In this document: positions 17,201 to 28,812 of the stretch, piece by piece
How the letters are laid out: each line of letters begins with the position of its first letter
Numbering within the stretch: position 1 is the first letter of the stretch
Origin: an uncultured Alphaproteobacteria bacterium
GTDB taxonomy: Bacteria; Pseudomonadota; Alphaproteobacteria; Rhodobacterales; Rhodobacteraceae
Assembly (NCBI GenBank): GCA_963819995.1
Contig: CAWFYR010000009.1
Location: 46,600 to 110,599 of the forward strand
Direction of reading: 5' to 3'
DNA: 64,000 nucleotides
Translations under genes and position numbers: made by a program
The notes under the pieces: generated by a model
What the model was told of the DNA's origin: nothing
The model's input: the letters and a program-made list of their open reading frames with translations, nothing else
Databases searched by the model: none

Positions 17201-20200
17201 CTATTCCGCCGCGACCCTCGGTCTGCGGCGAAGCAGACGGGCGAGCCAGGTGCGGCGCGGCGCGCCGGCGGCGGCGCGGTGCTCGCGGGTGAAGAGCATC
17301 AGCATCGCCGGGGTGACCACCAGCGTCAGCACGGTGGAGAAGGCGAGGCCGAAGACGATGGCGCTCGAGAGCGAGATCCACCATTGCGTCGACGGCGCGC
17401 CGATCGTGGTCTCGCGGTTCAGGAGCTCGAGGTTGAGGCCGAAGGCGATCGGCAGCACGCCGAGGATCGCCGTCGCCGCGGTCAGCACCACCGGCCGCGC
17501 CCGTTCGCGGCAGGTCTGCAGGATCGCTGCGACCTTCGTCTCCCCCTCGTGGCGGAGCTGGTCGTAGGTGTCGATCAGCACGATGTTGTTGTTCACCACG
17601 ACCCCCGCGAGCGCGATGATGCCGATCCCGGTCATCACGATCCCGAACGGCTGCCCCATGATGAGCAGGCCGAGAAACACCCCGATCGTCGACATGACCA
17701 CCGCGGTGAGCACCAGGAACACCGACAGGAAGTTGTTGAACTGCGCCAGCAGCACCACGAAGATCAAGGCCAGCGCCGCCCCGAAGGCGTTGGCGAGGAA
17801 GGCCCCTGCCGCTTTCTGCTCCTCGTCCTCGCCCGCGAGCTTCCAGCGGATGCCCTCGGCGTCGAGTTTCATGCCGTCCAGGGTGGACGTCACGTGCTGG
17901 CGGACCGGGTCGGCCTGCACCCCGGCGCGGATGCCTGCCTGCACCGTGACCGTACGTTGTCCGTCGATCCGGGTCAGGATGCCGGTGGTCAGCGTCGGCC
18001 GGCGCGAGACGAAGTTTGCGATCGGGATCGACCCCGACGCCGTCTCGATGCGCAGCCCGTCGAGGGTGGAGAAGGTCCGGCGGTCCTCCGGCAGCCGCAG
18101 CCGGATGTCGACGGTGTCGTCGGCGCCCGCGGGGCGGAAGTCGGCGAGCTTCAGCCCGTTCGTCACCAGCTGCACGACGCTGCCCACCGCCGCGGTCGAG
18201 ACGCCGTACTGCGCCGCGCGCGCCCGGTCGACCTCGAGCTCCCAGTCGACCCCCGGCGCGGGCAGCCCGTCCGAGACGTCGATCACGTCGGGCGTCGCGC
18301 GCAGCTTGTCGGCGACGGCGCGCGCGGCGTCGTTGAGCCCGGCCGGATCGACAGCGGAGAGCCGCACCTGGATCGCCTTGCCGGTCGGCGGCCCGGCGTT
18401 CGGCACCGAGACCTCGACGTCGGCGCCGGGGATGCCCTTCATCGCCTCGCGCAGCCGGTCGAGGATCGCGTCGGCGCTGTCGCGCTCGCGCCAGTCGACG
18501 AATTCGTACTGGATGACGCCCACGACATCCTCGTCGACGTCGCCGCCGTCCTGCCCGGCGCCGCTGCCGACCCGGGTGTAGACCGACTTGATGCCCGGCC
18601 AGCCGAGGATGCGCGTCTCGGCCTGGCGCACCAGCGCATCCTTCTCGTCGATCGAGAGATTGCCGCGGGCATGGACGTAGAGCAGGCCGTAGTCGGGCTC
18701 GACGTTGGGGAAGAACTCCACGCCGGCGCCGTAGCGGGCATAGGCCATCGGCACCGCGACGAGGAGGGCTATCGCGGCGAGAAGCACGACCAGCGGATGC
18801 CGCACCGCCCGGCCGACCAGCGCCATGTAGAGCCCGTCGCGCGCCTCGTGGTGCGGCGCGGGCCTGGCGAAGTGCGCGCCCAAGGTCGGCGTGAACACCA
18901 GCGCGTAGAGCATCGACGCCGAGAGCGTCGCGATCAGCGTGATCGGCATGTACTTCATGAACTCGCCGACGATCCCGGGCCAGAACAGCAGCGGCGAGAA
19001 GGCGGCGACCCGGGTCAGCGTCGCGGCGATCACCGGCCCGGCCATGCGCCGCGCGGCGAGCGCGAAGGCCTCCTGCCGCGGCATGCCCTCGGCCATCCGC
19101 CGCTCGGCGAACTCGGTGACGATGATCGCGTCGTCCACCAGCATCCCGACCGCGAGGATCAGGCTGAAGAGGACGACGATGTTCACCGTCAGCCCAGCCA
19201 GCGACAGGAGCAGGATGCCGATCAGGAACGACACCGGGATCGCCAGCCCGATCAGGATCGCCGCCCGGGTCGAGAGCGCGAAGAGGATGACGATGAAGAC
19301 CAGCACCACCGCGGTCAGGACGCTGTTCTGCAGGTCGGAGAGAAGCTGGCGGATGTCGGTCGACTTGTCCTGGCTGAAGCCGATCTCGGCGCCCTCGGGC
19401 ATCACCGCGCGGGCGGCGGCCGCCGCTGCCTTCACCCCGTCCACCGTCTCGATCAGGTTGGCGCCGGTGCGCTTGGATACCTCGATCGCGATCGCCGGCC
19501 GGCCGTTCAGCCGGGTGATCGTCTCGGGGTCCTTGAAGGTCGCCCGCACCGTGGCGATGTCGCGGGCCCTGACCACGGCGTCGGGACCTGCAACCACGGG
19601 AATGTTGGCGATGTCGTCGGGGGTCTCGATCAGCGACGGAATCTTGATGGCGTAGCGGCCTTCCGCGCCCTCGAGCGAGCCGGCGGCGACCAGGCTGTTG
19701 TTGGCGCCGATGCCGGCGATCAGCTGGTCGAGCTGCAGGCCGTAGGAAGAGAGCTTCACCGGATCGACGATCACCTCGACGAGGTCGTCGCGCACGCCCT
19801 TCAGCGCGGCATCGAGGACGCCCGGCACCTCTTCGATCCGGTCGCGCAGCTCGCGCGCCGCCCGGGTCAGGTCCCGCTCCGGCAGATCGCCGGAGAGCGT
19901 CACCACCAGCACCGGGAACTGCGAGAGGTTGACCTCGTTCACCGTCGGCTCGTCCGCGCCGTCGGGCAGGTCGGGCTTGGCGTCCGCGACCTTGTTGCGC
20001 ACGTCGTCGAGCGCCTTGGCGAGGTCCGAGCCGGCCTGGAACTCCACCACGACGTTGCCGCCGCCCTGGTAGGCCTTGGCGGTCATCTCCTTGATGTTGG
20101 CGATGGTCTTGAGCCGCGTCTCCATCGGCCGCAGCAGCAGCCGCTCGGAATCCTCCGGGGAGATGCCGGAGAACGACATGCTGACGTAGATGATCGGGAT

Positions 20201-20323
20201 CTGGACGTCCGGCTCGGCTTCCTTGGGGATCGAGCGGTAGGCCAGCGCCCCGGCCAGCGTCAGGAACAGCATCAGCGACAGCGTCAGTCGCGAGTTCCGG
20301 ATCGCGGTGCCGACGATATCCAT
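17201..20323 (-). CDS. Efflux RND transporter permease subunit (AcrB/HAE1-like)
   Basis: 1040 aa and 12 TM segments, with two large periplasmic loops and a typical N-terminus (SRLTLSLMLFLTLAGALAYRSIPKEAEPDVQIPIIYV). Confidence 0.9.
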   Translation of the reverse strand: MDIVGTAIRNSRLTLSLMLFLTLAGALAYRSIPKEAEPDVQIPIIYVSMSFSGISPEDSERLLLRPMETRLKTIANIKEMTAKAYQGGGNVVVEFQAGSDLAKALDDVRNKVADAKPDLPDGADEPTVNEVNLSQFPVLVVTLSGDLPERDLTRAARELRDRIEEVPGVLDAALKGVRDDLVEVIVDPVKLSSYGLQLDQLIAGIGANNSLVAAGSLEGAEGRYAIKIPSLIETPDDIANIPVVAGPDAVVRARDIATVRATFKDPETITRLNGRPAIAIEVSKRTGANLIETVDGVKAAAAAARAVMPEGAEIGFSQDKSTDIRQLLSDLQNSVLTAVVLVFIVILFALSTRAAILIGLAIPVSFLIGILLLSLAGLTVNIVVLFSLILAVGMLVDDAIIVTEFAERRMAEGMPRQEAFALAARRMAGPVIAATLTRVAAFSPLLFWPGIVGEFMKYMPITLIATLSASMLYALVFTPTLGAHFARPAPHHEARDGLYMALVGRAVRHPLVVLLAAIALLVAVPMAYARYGAGVEFFPNVEPDYGLLYVHARGNLSIDEKDALVRQAETRILGWPGIKSVYTRVGSGAGQDGGDVDEDVVGVIQYEFVDWRERDSADAILDRLREAMKGIPGADVEVSVPNAGPPTGKAIQVRLSAVDPAGLNDAARAVADKLRATPDVIDVSDGLPAPGVDWELEVDRARAAQYGVSTAAVGSVVQLVTNGLKLADFRPAGADDTVDIRLRLPEDRRTFSTLDGLRIETASGSIPIANFVSRRPTLTTGILTRIDGQRTVTVQAGIRAGVQADPVRQHVTSTLDGMKLDAEGIRWKLAGEDEEQKAAGAFLANAFGAALALIFVVLLAQFNNFLSVFLVLTAVVMSTIGVFLGLLIMGQPFGIVMTGIGIIALAGVVVNNNIVLIDTYDQLRHEGETKVAAILQTCRERARPVVLTAATAILGVLPIAFGLNLELLNRETTIGAPSTQWWISLSSAIVFGLAFSTVLTLVVTPAMLMLFTREHRAAAGAPRRTWLARLLRRRPRVAAE

Positions 20324-21477
20324 CAGGGATTTCCCGGAGCCTGCCCCGTGACGGCACCCCCGGCCGCACCGAGCGAGGCCGCGAGCTCGGCCGCGACCAC
20401 CTCGCCGTCCGTGACCAGATCCTGGCCGGATACGATGATCCGCGCTCCCGCCGGCACCCCGCTCAGCACCAGCCCGCCGGGCGTGTCGTCGACCACGTCG
20501 ACCGGGACGAAACTGACCCTGTCGTCCTCACCGACGATGCGCACCCCGAGCGCCCCGCTGTCGGACATCGTCACCACCGAGCGCGGCACCGTCACCGCCG
20601 CGACCGGGTCGGCGTGCAGCAAGATCTCGGCGCTCATGCCGGCGGGCACGTCGCCGCCGCGGTTGGGCATCTCGACCTCGATCTGGAAGGTGCGCGTCTG
20701 CTCCGACGCCTGACGGCGGACGTATCGCACCCGGCCTTCGAGCGACGCCCCGCTCGCGAGTTTCACCGTGGCGGCGGTGCCGATGCGAACATCACCGAGG
20801 TCGCGCTCGCTGACCTCGCCGCGAACCACGATCGGGTTCAGCGCGAGGATCGTGGCGACCGGCGTGCCCTCCTTCACCCAGCTGCCGCGCTCGACCTCGA
20901 CGTTGTCGATCAATCCCGAGAAGGGCGCGACCACGTCGAGCCTCTCGACCGCCGCTTCAGCCTCGCGGAGCTGCGCCGCGGCGGCCGCGAGCTCGGCCCG
21001 GGCGATGTCGGCGGCGATCTTCGCGCCTTCGCCGCGCTCGAGCAGCGATTCCGCCGCCGTCGACTGCGCCTGGCGCTGGGCGAGCAAGGCCTTGGCGGTT
21101 TCCACCGCCGCGAGCTTCTCCGGCCCTTCGAGGCTCAGCAGGACGGTTCCGGCCGAGGCATACTGCCCGTCGACCGCCGGCAACATCCGGATCACGCCGC
21201 TGTCGCGTGCCGCGAGGACCGAGGTCTTGTCGGGCTCGGTCCGTCCGGACACCCGGATCGCGCGGGAATAGCGATCGCTCTTCGGCTCGGCGACCAGCAC
21301 GGTGCGCCGGCCGGCTACGGCATCCGGCTTTGCCGCCGGGTCGCCCGCGACCTCCTCGGCCCCGGCCTGCTCGCTGCCGATATGCGAGAACTTGCCGGTC
21401 AGCACCCAGGCGCCCGCAGCGACGAGCACGACAACGGCGAGGAGCTGATGCAGTCGAATCCCACCCATGGCGCGCAC
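20323..21477 (-). CDS. Efflux RND transporter periplasmic adaptor subunit (MFP)
   Basis: 384 aa with an N-terminal anchor, coiled-coil hairpin (AELAAAAAQLREAEAAVERL) and beta-barrel (VAPFSGLIDNVEVERGSWV). Its stop overlaps the RND ATG (TGATG). Confidence 0.85.
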   Translation of the reverse strand: MRAMGGIRLHQLLAVVVLVAAGAWVLTGKFSHIGSEQAGAEEVAGDPAAKPDAVAGRRTVLVAEPKSDRYSRAIRVSGRTEPDKTSVLAARDSGVIRMLPAVDGQYASAGTVLLSLEGPEKLAAVETAKALLAQRQAQSTAAESLLERGEGAKIAADIARAELAAAAAQLREAEAAVERLDVVAPFSGLIDNVEVERGSWVKEGTPVATILALNPIVVRGEVSERDLGDVRIGTAATVKLASGASLEGRVRYVRRQASEQTRTFQIEVEMPNRGGDVPAGMSAEILLHADPVAAVTVPRSVVTMSDSGALGVRIVGEDDRVSFVPVDVVDDTPGGLVLSGVPAGARIIVSGQDLVTDGEVVAAELAASLGAAGGAVTGQAPGNP

Positions 21478-22179
21478 TCTCTAGCCCCAGCGCGCGCCGA
21501 AAGCCAGCGCACGGAAGCGAGCACCGCCCCTGTCGCGGCGAAGGCCGCCTCGAGGTGCAGCAAGGGCGCGACCGAGAAGGCCGGCTCACCCCCTGCCGAC
21601 CGCGGCGACTGGAGGTGCGCGGAAGCTCAAGCGAAAGGCGGCACTCCTTTGGCGGCGTGCATTCGCCGTGTTCATCTTCGACGAAGAACTCGGTCTTCTC
21701 TTGGAGCCTGTCCGAGAGGGCGCTGAAGCAGGTTGAACGGCCGCTGTCGGCCGGATTCGGATTCTCGTGGGGTATCGCAGGTTGGGCGCCGGAAGCTGGA
21801 GACATGGGCCCCTGACGCGTTCGTCGACCTTAGGGAAAGCTGCTACAAACCCGCACGGGACCAAACAGAACCCTTCCATGTCGTCCAGCGGACACGGGGA
21901 GCGCCGGCCTCGGGGGGCCCGAAGGCCCCCGCTCGGCCGGCGCTTGGCGGTCGGCCGCCTTTGCGGCCTCCTCCGATGGAACGGGCTTCGCCCGTGAGTT
22001 TCAGGATTTCTCCCCGGCTGTTGCCGGGGCCCCTGATCCTGCCCGATAGGTTCATGCCAGTATGAAATCCTCAGGGGGATTTCGGGTCGGACGAGCGGGA
22101 ACGGTGGGCGCGCCGGCGGGTCTTGCGCCGGAACGGTGCAAATGCCTATTGTGCGGGCAAAAGCGCAGGATCTCCGCCG

Positions 22180-23133
22180 ATGGCGCGCTCGAAGTCCTCT
22201 TCCGGCCGGCTCGACGACGCGGCGCGGGCCGGGTGGCTCTACTACATCGCCGGCAGGACCCAGGACGACATCGCCGCACAGATGGGCATCTCGCGCCAGG
22301 CAGCGCAGCGGCTGGTGTCGCTCGCGGTCTCCGAGCGGCTGATCCGGGTCTGGATGGAGCACCCGATCGCGCGCTGCCTCGAACTGGCGGGCCGGCTGAG
22401 CGAGCGGTTCGGCCTCCTGCGCGCCGAGGTGGTGCCGAGCGACCCGGCGTCTGACGGCGGCACGGTCGGGCTGGGCGAGGCGGGCGCGGCCGAGATGGTG
22501 CGCTGGCTGCGGCGCGAGCGGCCCATCGTGATGGCGGTCGGGACCGGGCGCACGCTCAAGGCGGCGATCGACCACCTGCCGCCGACGAGCTGCCCGCAGC
22601 ACTGCATCGTCTCGCTGACCGGCAACGTCGGCCCGGACGGCACCGCCGCCTACTACAACGTGATCTTCTCGATGGCCGAGGCGGTCGTCGCCCGGCACTT
22701 CCCGATGCCGCTGCCGGTCTTCGCGGCGTCGCCCGAGGAGCGCGCGCTGATGCACGGGCAGGGCCTGATCCGCTCGACGCTGGCGCTGGCGGCGGCGGCG
22801 GACGTGGCCTTCGTCGGCATCGGCGAGATGAACGACGCCGCCCCGCTCTTCGTGGACCACTTCCTGACCGCGGACGAGCTCAGGGCCGAGCTCGCCGCCG
22901 GAGCGGTCGGCGAGATTTGCGGCTGGATCTTCGACCGCGACGGCCAGCTGCTGCAGGGCGGCGCCTCCGACCGCACGGCGAGCGCGCCGATCCCCGACCG
23001 CGAACGCGCCACGGTGATCGCGCTCGCCAAGGGCCGGCGCAAGCTGCCGGCGATCGCCGCGGCGCTGCGCGGCCGGCTGGTCAACGGCCTCATCACCGAC
23101 GAGGCGACCGCCGATGCGCTCCTCGCCGACTGA
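22180..23133 (+). CDS. SorC/DeoR-type sugar-binding transcriptional regulator (polyol locus regulator)
   Basis: From the ATG at 22180: an HTH (AARAGWLYYIAGRTQDDIAAQMGISRQAAQRLV) plus a sugar-phosphate-binding domain. Lies upstream of the smo-type transporter genes. Confidence 0.75.
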   Translation: MARSKSSSGRLDDAARAGWLYYIAGRTQDDIAAQMGISRQAAQRLVSLAVSERLIRVWMEHPIARCLELAGRLSERFGLLRAEVVPSDPASDGGTVGLGEAGAAEMVRWLRRERPIVMAVGTGRTLKAAIDHLPPTSCPQHCIVSLTGNVGPDGTAAYYNVIFSMAEAVVARHFPMPLPVFAASPEERALMHGQGLIRSTLALAAAADVAFVGIGEMNDAAPLFVDHFLTADELRAELAAGAVGEICGWIFDRDGQLLQGGASDRTASAPIPDRERATVIALAKGRRKLPAIAAALRGRLVNGLITDEATADALLAD

Positions 23134-23683
23134 GCCGGAACCGGTGACGCTCGTCACGCCGCGGCTCCTGATGCGGCCGTGGCGGGCGGAGGACCGGCCG
23201 GCCTTCTTCGCGCTCAACAGCGAGCCTGCGGTGATGCGCCACCTGCTGCCCCTCACCCGCGAGGGGTCGGACGCGATGCTCGACCGGATCGATGCGCACT
23301 TCGCGGCGCACGGCTGGGGCTTGTGGGCGCTCGAGGACCGCGAGACCGCCCGGCTCCTCGGCCTCTGCGGCCTGGCGATGCTGGCGAGCGACCTGCCCTG
23401 CGCCCCGGGCGTCGAGATCGGCTGGCGCCTGACGACCGCGGCTCACGGCAAGGGCCTCGCCCGGGAGGCCGCCACCGCCGCCCTGCGCTTCGGCTTCGAG
23501 CGGCTCGCGCTGCCGCGGATCGTCGCCTTCACCGTGCCGGCCAACGCCGCCTCCTGGGGTCTGATGCAGCGCCTCGGCATGCAGCGGACCGGCACGTTCG
23601 AGCACCCGCGCCTGTCGGCGGACCATCCCTTGAGCCGGCACATCCTCTACGAGATCGCGCGCCCGGGCGCTGCGGGCGGATAG
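23114..23683 (+). CDS. GNAT family N-acetyltransferase
   Basis: 189 aa with RLLMRPWRAEDRPAFFALN...WGLWALEDRETARLLGLCGL...GKGLAREAATAALRFGF. Overlaps the regulator's 3' end by 20 nt. Confidence 0.75.
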   Translation: MRSSPTEPEPVTLVTPRLLMRPWRAEDRPAFFALNSEPAVMRHLLPLTREGSDAMLDRIDAHFAAHGWGLWALEDRETARLLGLCGLAMLASDLPCAPGVEIGWRLTTAAHGKGLAREAATAALRFGFERLALPRIVAFTVPANAASWGLMQRLGMQRTGTFEHPRLSADHPLSRHILYEIARPGAAGG

Positions 23684-23738
23684 CGGGTGCCGGCGATCGG
23701 CACTTGCCCGCCTCGTGGGCGAATGCTCATTTCGCGCA

Positions 23739-23767
23739 TTGACAGGCTGCAGGATTGTTGCGATCAT
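23739..23767 (+). promoter_or_regulatory. Candidate sigma70-type promoter of the polyol transporter operon
   Basis: TTGACA-N17-GATCAT, 48 nt upstream of the smoE-like ATG. Pattern match only. Confidence 0.35.
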
Positions 23768-23814
23768 CCGCCCCAAGGAAAAAGATTTGCCCATCGTGGG
23801 CCAGCGGAGGAACC

Positions 23815-25122
23815 ATGCGACATATCTCCCTCTTTCTGGGGGCGGCGTCCGCCCTTGCCTTGGCGTCGGTGGCGCAGGCGCAAAGCATCACCATCGCGAC
23901 CGTGAACAACGGGCAGATGATCCAGATGCAGGGCCTGACCGACCAGTTCACCAAGGCTCACCCGGAGATCACCGTGAACTGGGTCACCCTCGAGGAGAAC
24001 ATCCTCCGCGAGCGGGTCACCACCGACATCGCCACTGGCGGCGGCCAGTACGACATCATGACCATCGGCAACTACGAGGTGCCGATCTGGGGCAAGCAGG
24101 GCTGGCTGGTCCCGCTGGAATTCTCCGCCGACTACAACGTCGACGACATGTTGCCGGCGATCCGCGGCGGCCTGACCGTCGACGGCAAGCTCTACGGCGC
24201 GCCGTTCTACGGTGAGTCGGCGTTCACGATGTACCGCACCGACCTCTTCGAGAAGGCCGGGCTGACCATGCCCGCCGACCCGACCTGGGAGTTCATCGGC
24301 GAGGCGGCGCGCAAGATCACCGACCGCTCGGCCGGCATCAACGGCATCTGCCTGCGCGGCAAGGCCGGCTGGGGCGAGAACATGGCCCTGATCACCTCGA
24401 TGGCCAACTCGTTCGGCGCCCGCTGGTTCGACGAGCAGTGGAAGCCGCAGTTCGACAGCGCGGAATGGAAGGACGCGCTCACCTTCTACGCCGACCTGAT
24501 GAAGGATGCAGGCCCGCAGGGCGCCTCGTCGAACGGCTTCAACGAGAACCTGACGTTGTTCCAGCAGGGCAAGTGCGGCATCTGGATCGACGCCACCTCG
24601 GCCGGCCAGTTCGTGTCCGACGCCAAGCAGTCGACCGTCGCAGACAAGGTCGGCTTCACGATCTATCCGCACAAGGAGGGCGTCGACGACCACGGCAACT
24701 GGCTCTGGTCGTGGAACCTGGCAATCCCGACCTCGACGAAGAACGCCGACGCCGCCAAGACCTTCATCGAGTGGGCGACCTCCAAGCAGTACATCGACCT
24801 CGTCGCCGCCAAGGACGGGTGGGTCAACGCGCCTCCGGGCACCCGCACCTCGCTCTACGAGAACCAGAACTACCTCGACGCCGCTCCCTTCGCCGATGAG
24901 GCCAAGGCGGCGATGGACACGGCCGACATCACCAAGCCGACGGTCAAGCCCGTGCCCTACACCGGCGGCCAGTTCGTGGCGATCCCGGAGTTCCAGTCGA
25001 TCGGCACCACCGTCGGCCAGCTCTTCTCCGCCGTGGTCGCCGGCCAGTCGAGCGTCGACGACGCGCTCGCCCAGGCCCAGTCGACGACCGAGCGCGAGAT
25101 GCGGCGCGCCGGCTACAAGTAG
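23815..25122 (+). CDS. smoE: Sorbitol/mannitol ABC transporter periplasmic substrate-binding protein
   Basis: From the ATG at 23815 (GGAGGAA RBS): signal peptide MRHISLFLGAASALALASVAQA and a family-1 SBP fold. It is first in the E-F-G-K order of the Rhodobacter sphaeroides smo operon. Confidence 0.85.
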   Translation: MRHISLFLGAASALALASVAQAQSITIATVNNGQMIQMQGLTDQFTKAHPEITVNWVTLEENILRERVTTDIATGGGQYDIMTIGNYEVPIWGKQGWLVPLEFSADYNVDDMLPAIRGGLTVDGKLYGAPFYGESAFTMYRTDLFEKAGLTMPADPTWEFIGEAARKITDRSAGINGICLRGKAGWGENMALITSMANSFGARWFDEQWKPQFDSAEWKDALTFYADLMKDAGPQGASSNGFNENLTLFQQGKCGIWIDATSAGQFVSDAKQSTVADKVGFTIYPHKEGVDDHGNWLWSWNLAIPTSTKNADAAKTFIEWATSKQYIDLVAAKDGWVNAPPGTRTSLYENQNYLDAAPFADEAKAAMDTADITKPTVKPVPYTGGQFVAIPEFQSIGTTVGQLFSAVVAGQSSVDDALAQAQSTTEREMRRAGYK

Positions 25123-25139
25123 CACTCCTCCCAGCGCCT

Positions 25140-25167
25140 GAGCCGCCCGGCCCCGTCCGGGCGGCTC
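25140..25167 (+). terminator. Intra-operon GC hairpin after the binding-protein gene (attenuator / mRNA stabiliser)
   Basis: GAGCCGCCCGG-ccccgt-CCGGGCGGCTC, an 11-bp perfect stem 18 nt after the smoE stop and 50 nt before smoF. No strong U-tract. Confidence 0.45.
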
Positions 25168-25216
25168 CTTCCGCCACCGTTCGTCCGGCCGAACCGGACC
25201 GCCAGGGGGAGACGCC

Positions 25217-26086
25217 ATGGCCACCCGTCAGACCGCCACAATCGCCCGCTGGATGCGGATGCCGTCAATCGCGGTGCTCCTGATCTGGATGATCGTGCCG
25301 CTCTCGATGACGGTGTACTTTTCGTTCCGCTACTACAACCTGCTGAACCCCGCCGGCAGCGGCTGGGCCGGCTTCGACAACTACGTCTACTTCCTCAGCG
25401 ACCCCGCCTTCTGGCAGGCGATCCGCAACACTCTCTTCATCGTCGTCGGCGTCCTGCTGATCACCATCATCGGCGGCATCGGCGTCTCTCTCCTCATCGA
25501 CCAGCCGATCTTCGGCCAGAGCGTGGTTCGCATCCTCGTCATCTCGCCGTTCTTCGTGATGCCGCCGGTCGCGGCCCTGGTCTGGAAGAACATGATCCTG
25601 CACCCCGGCTACGGGGTGGCCGCCGACGTCGCCAAGTTCTTCGGCGCGACCCCGGTCGACTGGTTCGCCAGCTACCCGCTGCTCTCGATCATCACCATCG
25701 TCGCCTGGCAATGGCTGCCGTTCGCCACCCTGATCCTGCTCACCTCGCTGCAGTCGCTCGACAGCGAGCAGAAGGAAGCGGCCGAGATGGACGGCGCCGG
25801 CTTCGTCAGCCGCTTCATCCACCTGACCCTGCCGCACATGAGCCGTGCGATCACCATCGTGATCCTGATCCAGACGATCTTCCTCCTCGGGGTCTACGCC
25901 GAGATCCTCGTCACCACCAACGGCGGCCCGGGCTACGCCTCGACCAACCTGCCGTTCCTGATCTACCGCGCGGCGCGCCTCTCCAACGACGTCGGCGGCG
26001 CGGCCGCGGGGGGCATGGTCGCGGTGGTCCTCGCCAACATCGTCGCGATCGGCCTGATGCGCGTCATCGGCAAGAACCTGGACTGA
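25217..26086 (+). CDS. smoF: Polyol ABC transporter permease
   Basis: 289 aa and 6 TM segments, with an EAA loop (EAAEMDGAGFVSRFIHLTLP). Confidence 0.85.
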   Translation: MATRQTATIARWMRMPSIAVLLIWMIVPLSMTVYFSFRYYNLLNPAGSGWAGFDNYVYFLSDPAFWQAIRNTLFIVVGVLLITIIGGIGVSLLIDQPIFGQSVVRILVISPFFVMPPVAALVWKNMILHPGYGVAADVAKFFGATPVDWFASYPLLSIITIVAWQWLPFATLILLTSLQSLDSEQKEAAEMDGAGFVSRFIHLTLPHMSRAITIVILIQTIFLLGVYAEILVTTNGGPGYASTNLPFLIYRAARLSNDVGGAAAGGMVAVVLANIVAIGLMRVIGKNLD

Positions 26087-26097
26087 GGAGAAAAGCC

Positions 26098-26922
<825 letters not shown>

Positions 26923-26943
26923 CTCACCCGGGGGAAAACCGAC

Positions 26944-27947
<1,004 letters not shown>

Positions 27948-27948
<1 letters not shown>

Positions 27949-28718
27949 TGCGCCTGGAAGGCAAATCGGCGCTGATCACCGGCGCCGCGCGCGGCATCGG
28001 CGCGGCCTTCGCACGGGCCTATGCCGCCGAAGGTGCCACTGTCGCGATCGGCGACATCGACACCGCCCGCGCCGAGGCCACCGCCGCCGACATCGGGCCG
28101 CTGGCCTACGCGGTCCGGCTCGACGTCACCGACCAGGATTCGATCGACGCCGCGCTCGCCGCGGTGGTGGAGCGGACCGGCGGCCTCGACATCCTGATCA
28201 ACAACGCCGCCCTCTTCGATCTCGCGCCGATCGTCGAGATCACCCGCGCCAGCTACGACCGGCTCTTCCGCATCAACGTCGGCGGCACGCTCTTCTGCCT
28301 GCAGGCGGCGGCGCGCCAGATGATCGCCCAGGGCCGCGGCGGCAAGATCATCAACATGGCAAGCCAGGCCGGCCGTCGCGGCGAGGCGCTGGTCGCGATC
28401 TACTGCGCCACCAAGGCCGCGGTGATCAGCCTCACCCAGTCGGCCGGCCTCGACCTCGTGAAGCACCGCATCAACGTCAACGCCATCGCGCCGGGCGTCG
28501 TCGACGGCGAGCACTGGGTCGGCGTCGACGCGCTCTTCGCCAAGTTCGAGAACCGCCCGCTCGGCGAAAAGAAGCGCCTGGTCGGCGAGGCGGTCCCCTA
28601 CGGCCGCATGGGAACCGCCGAGGACCTCGTCGGCATGGCGATCTTTCTCGCCTCCAGCGAGGCCGACTACATCGTCGCCCAGACCTACAACGTCGACGGC
28701 GGCCAGTGGATGAACTGA
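27948..28718 (+). CDS. smoS: Sorbitol dehydrogenase (short-chain dehydrogenase/reductase)
   Basis: 256 aa from the ATG at 27948 (overlaps the smoK TGA). TGAARGIG, NNAALFDLAPIVEIT and YCATK match the SDR pattern. The sequence is closely reminiscent of the R. sphaeroides sorbitol dehydrogenase (from memory, not searched). Confidence 0.8.
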
Positions 28719-28812
28719 CATGGATCCCGGTCTCCAAGCCAAGCTCGCCGTCGCCACCGGCGCCCGCATCGTCGATGGCGCAATGCTCCGCACAATCTGA
28801 AGGTCCGACCAA

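Noticed and set aside
17201-21477. The MFP plus large transporter next to the RTX genes as their type I secretion system.
   Set aside because: The 1040-aa protein is a 12-TM AcrB-type RND permease with no ABC ATPase motifs, so this is a drug/metabolite efflux pump, not a T1SS.
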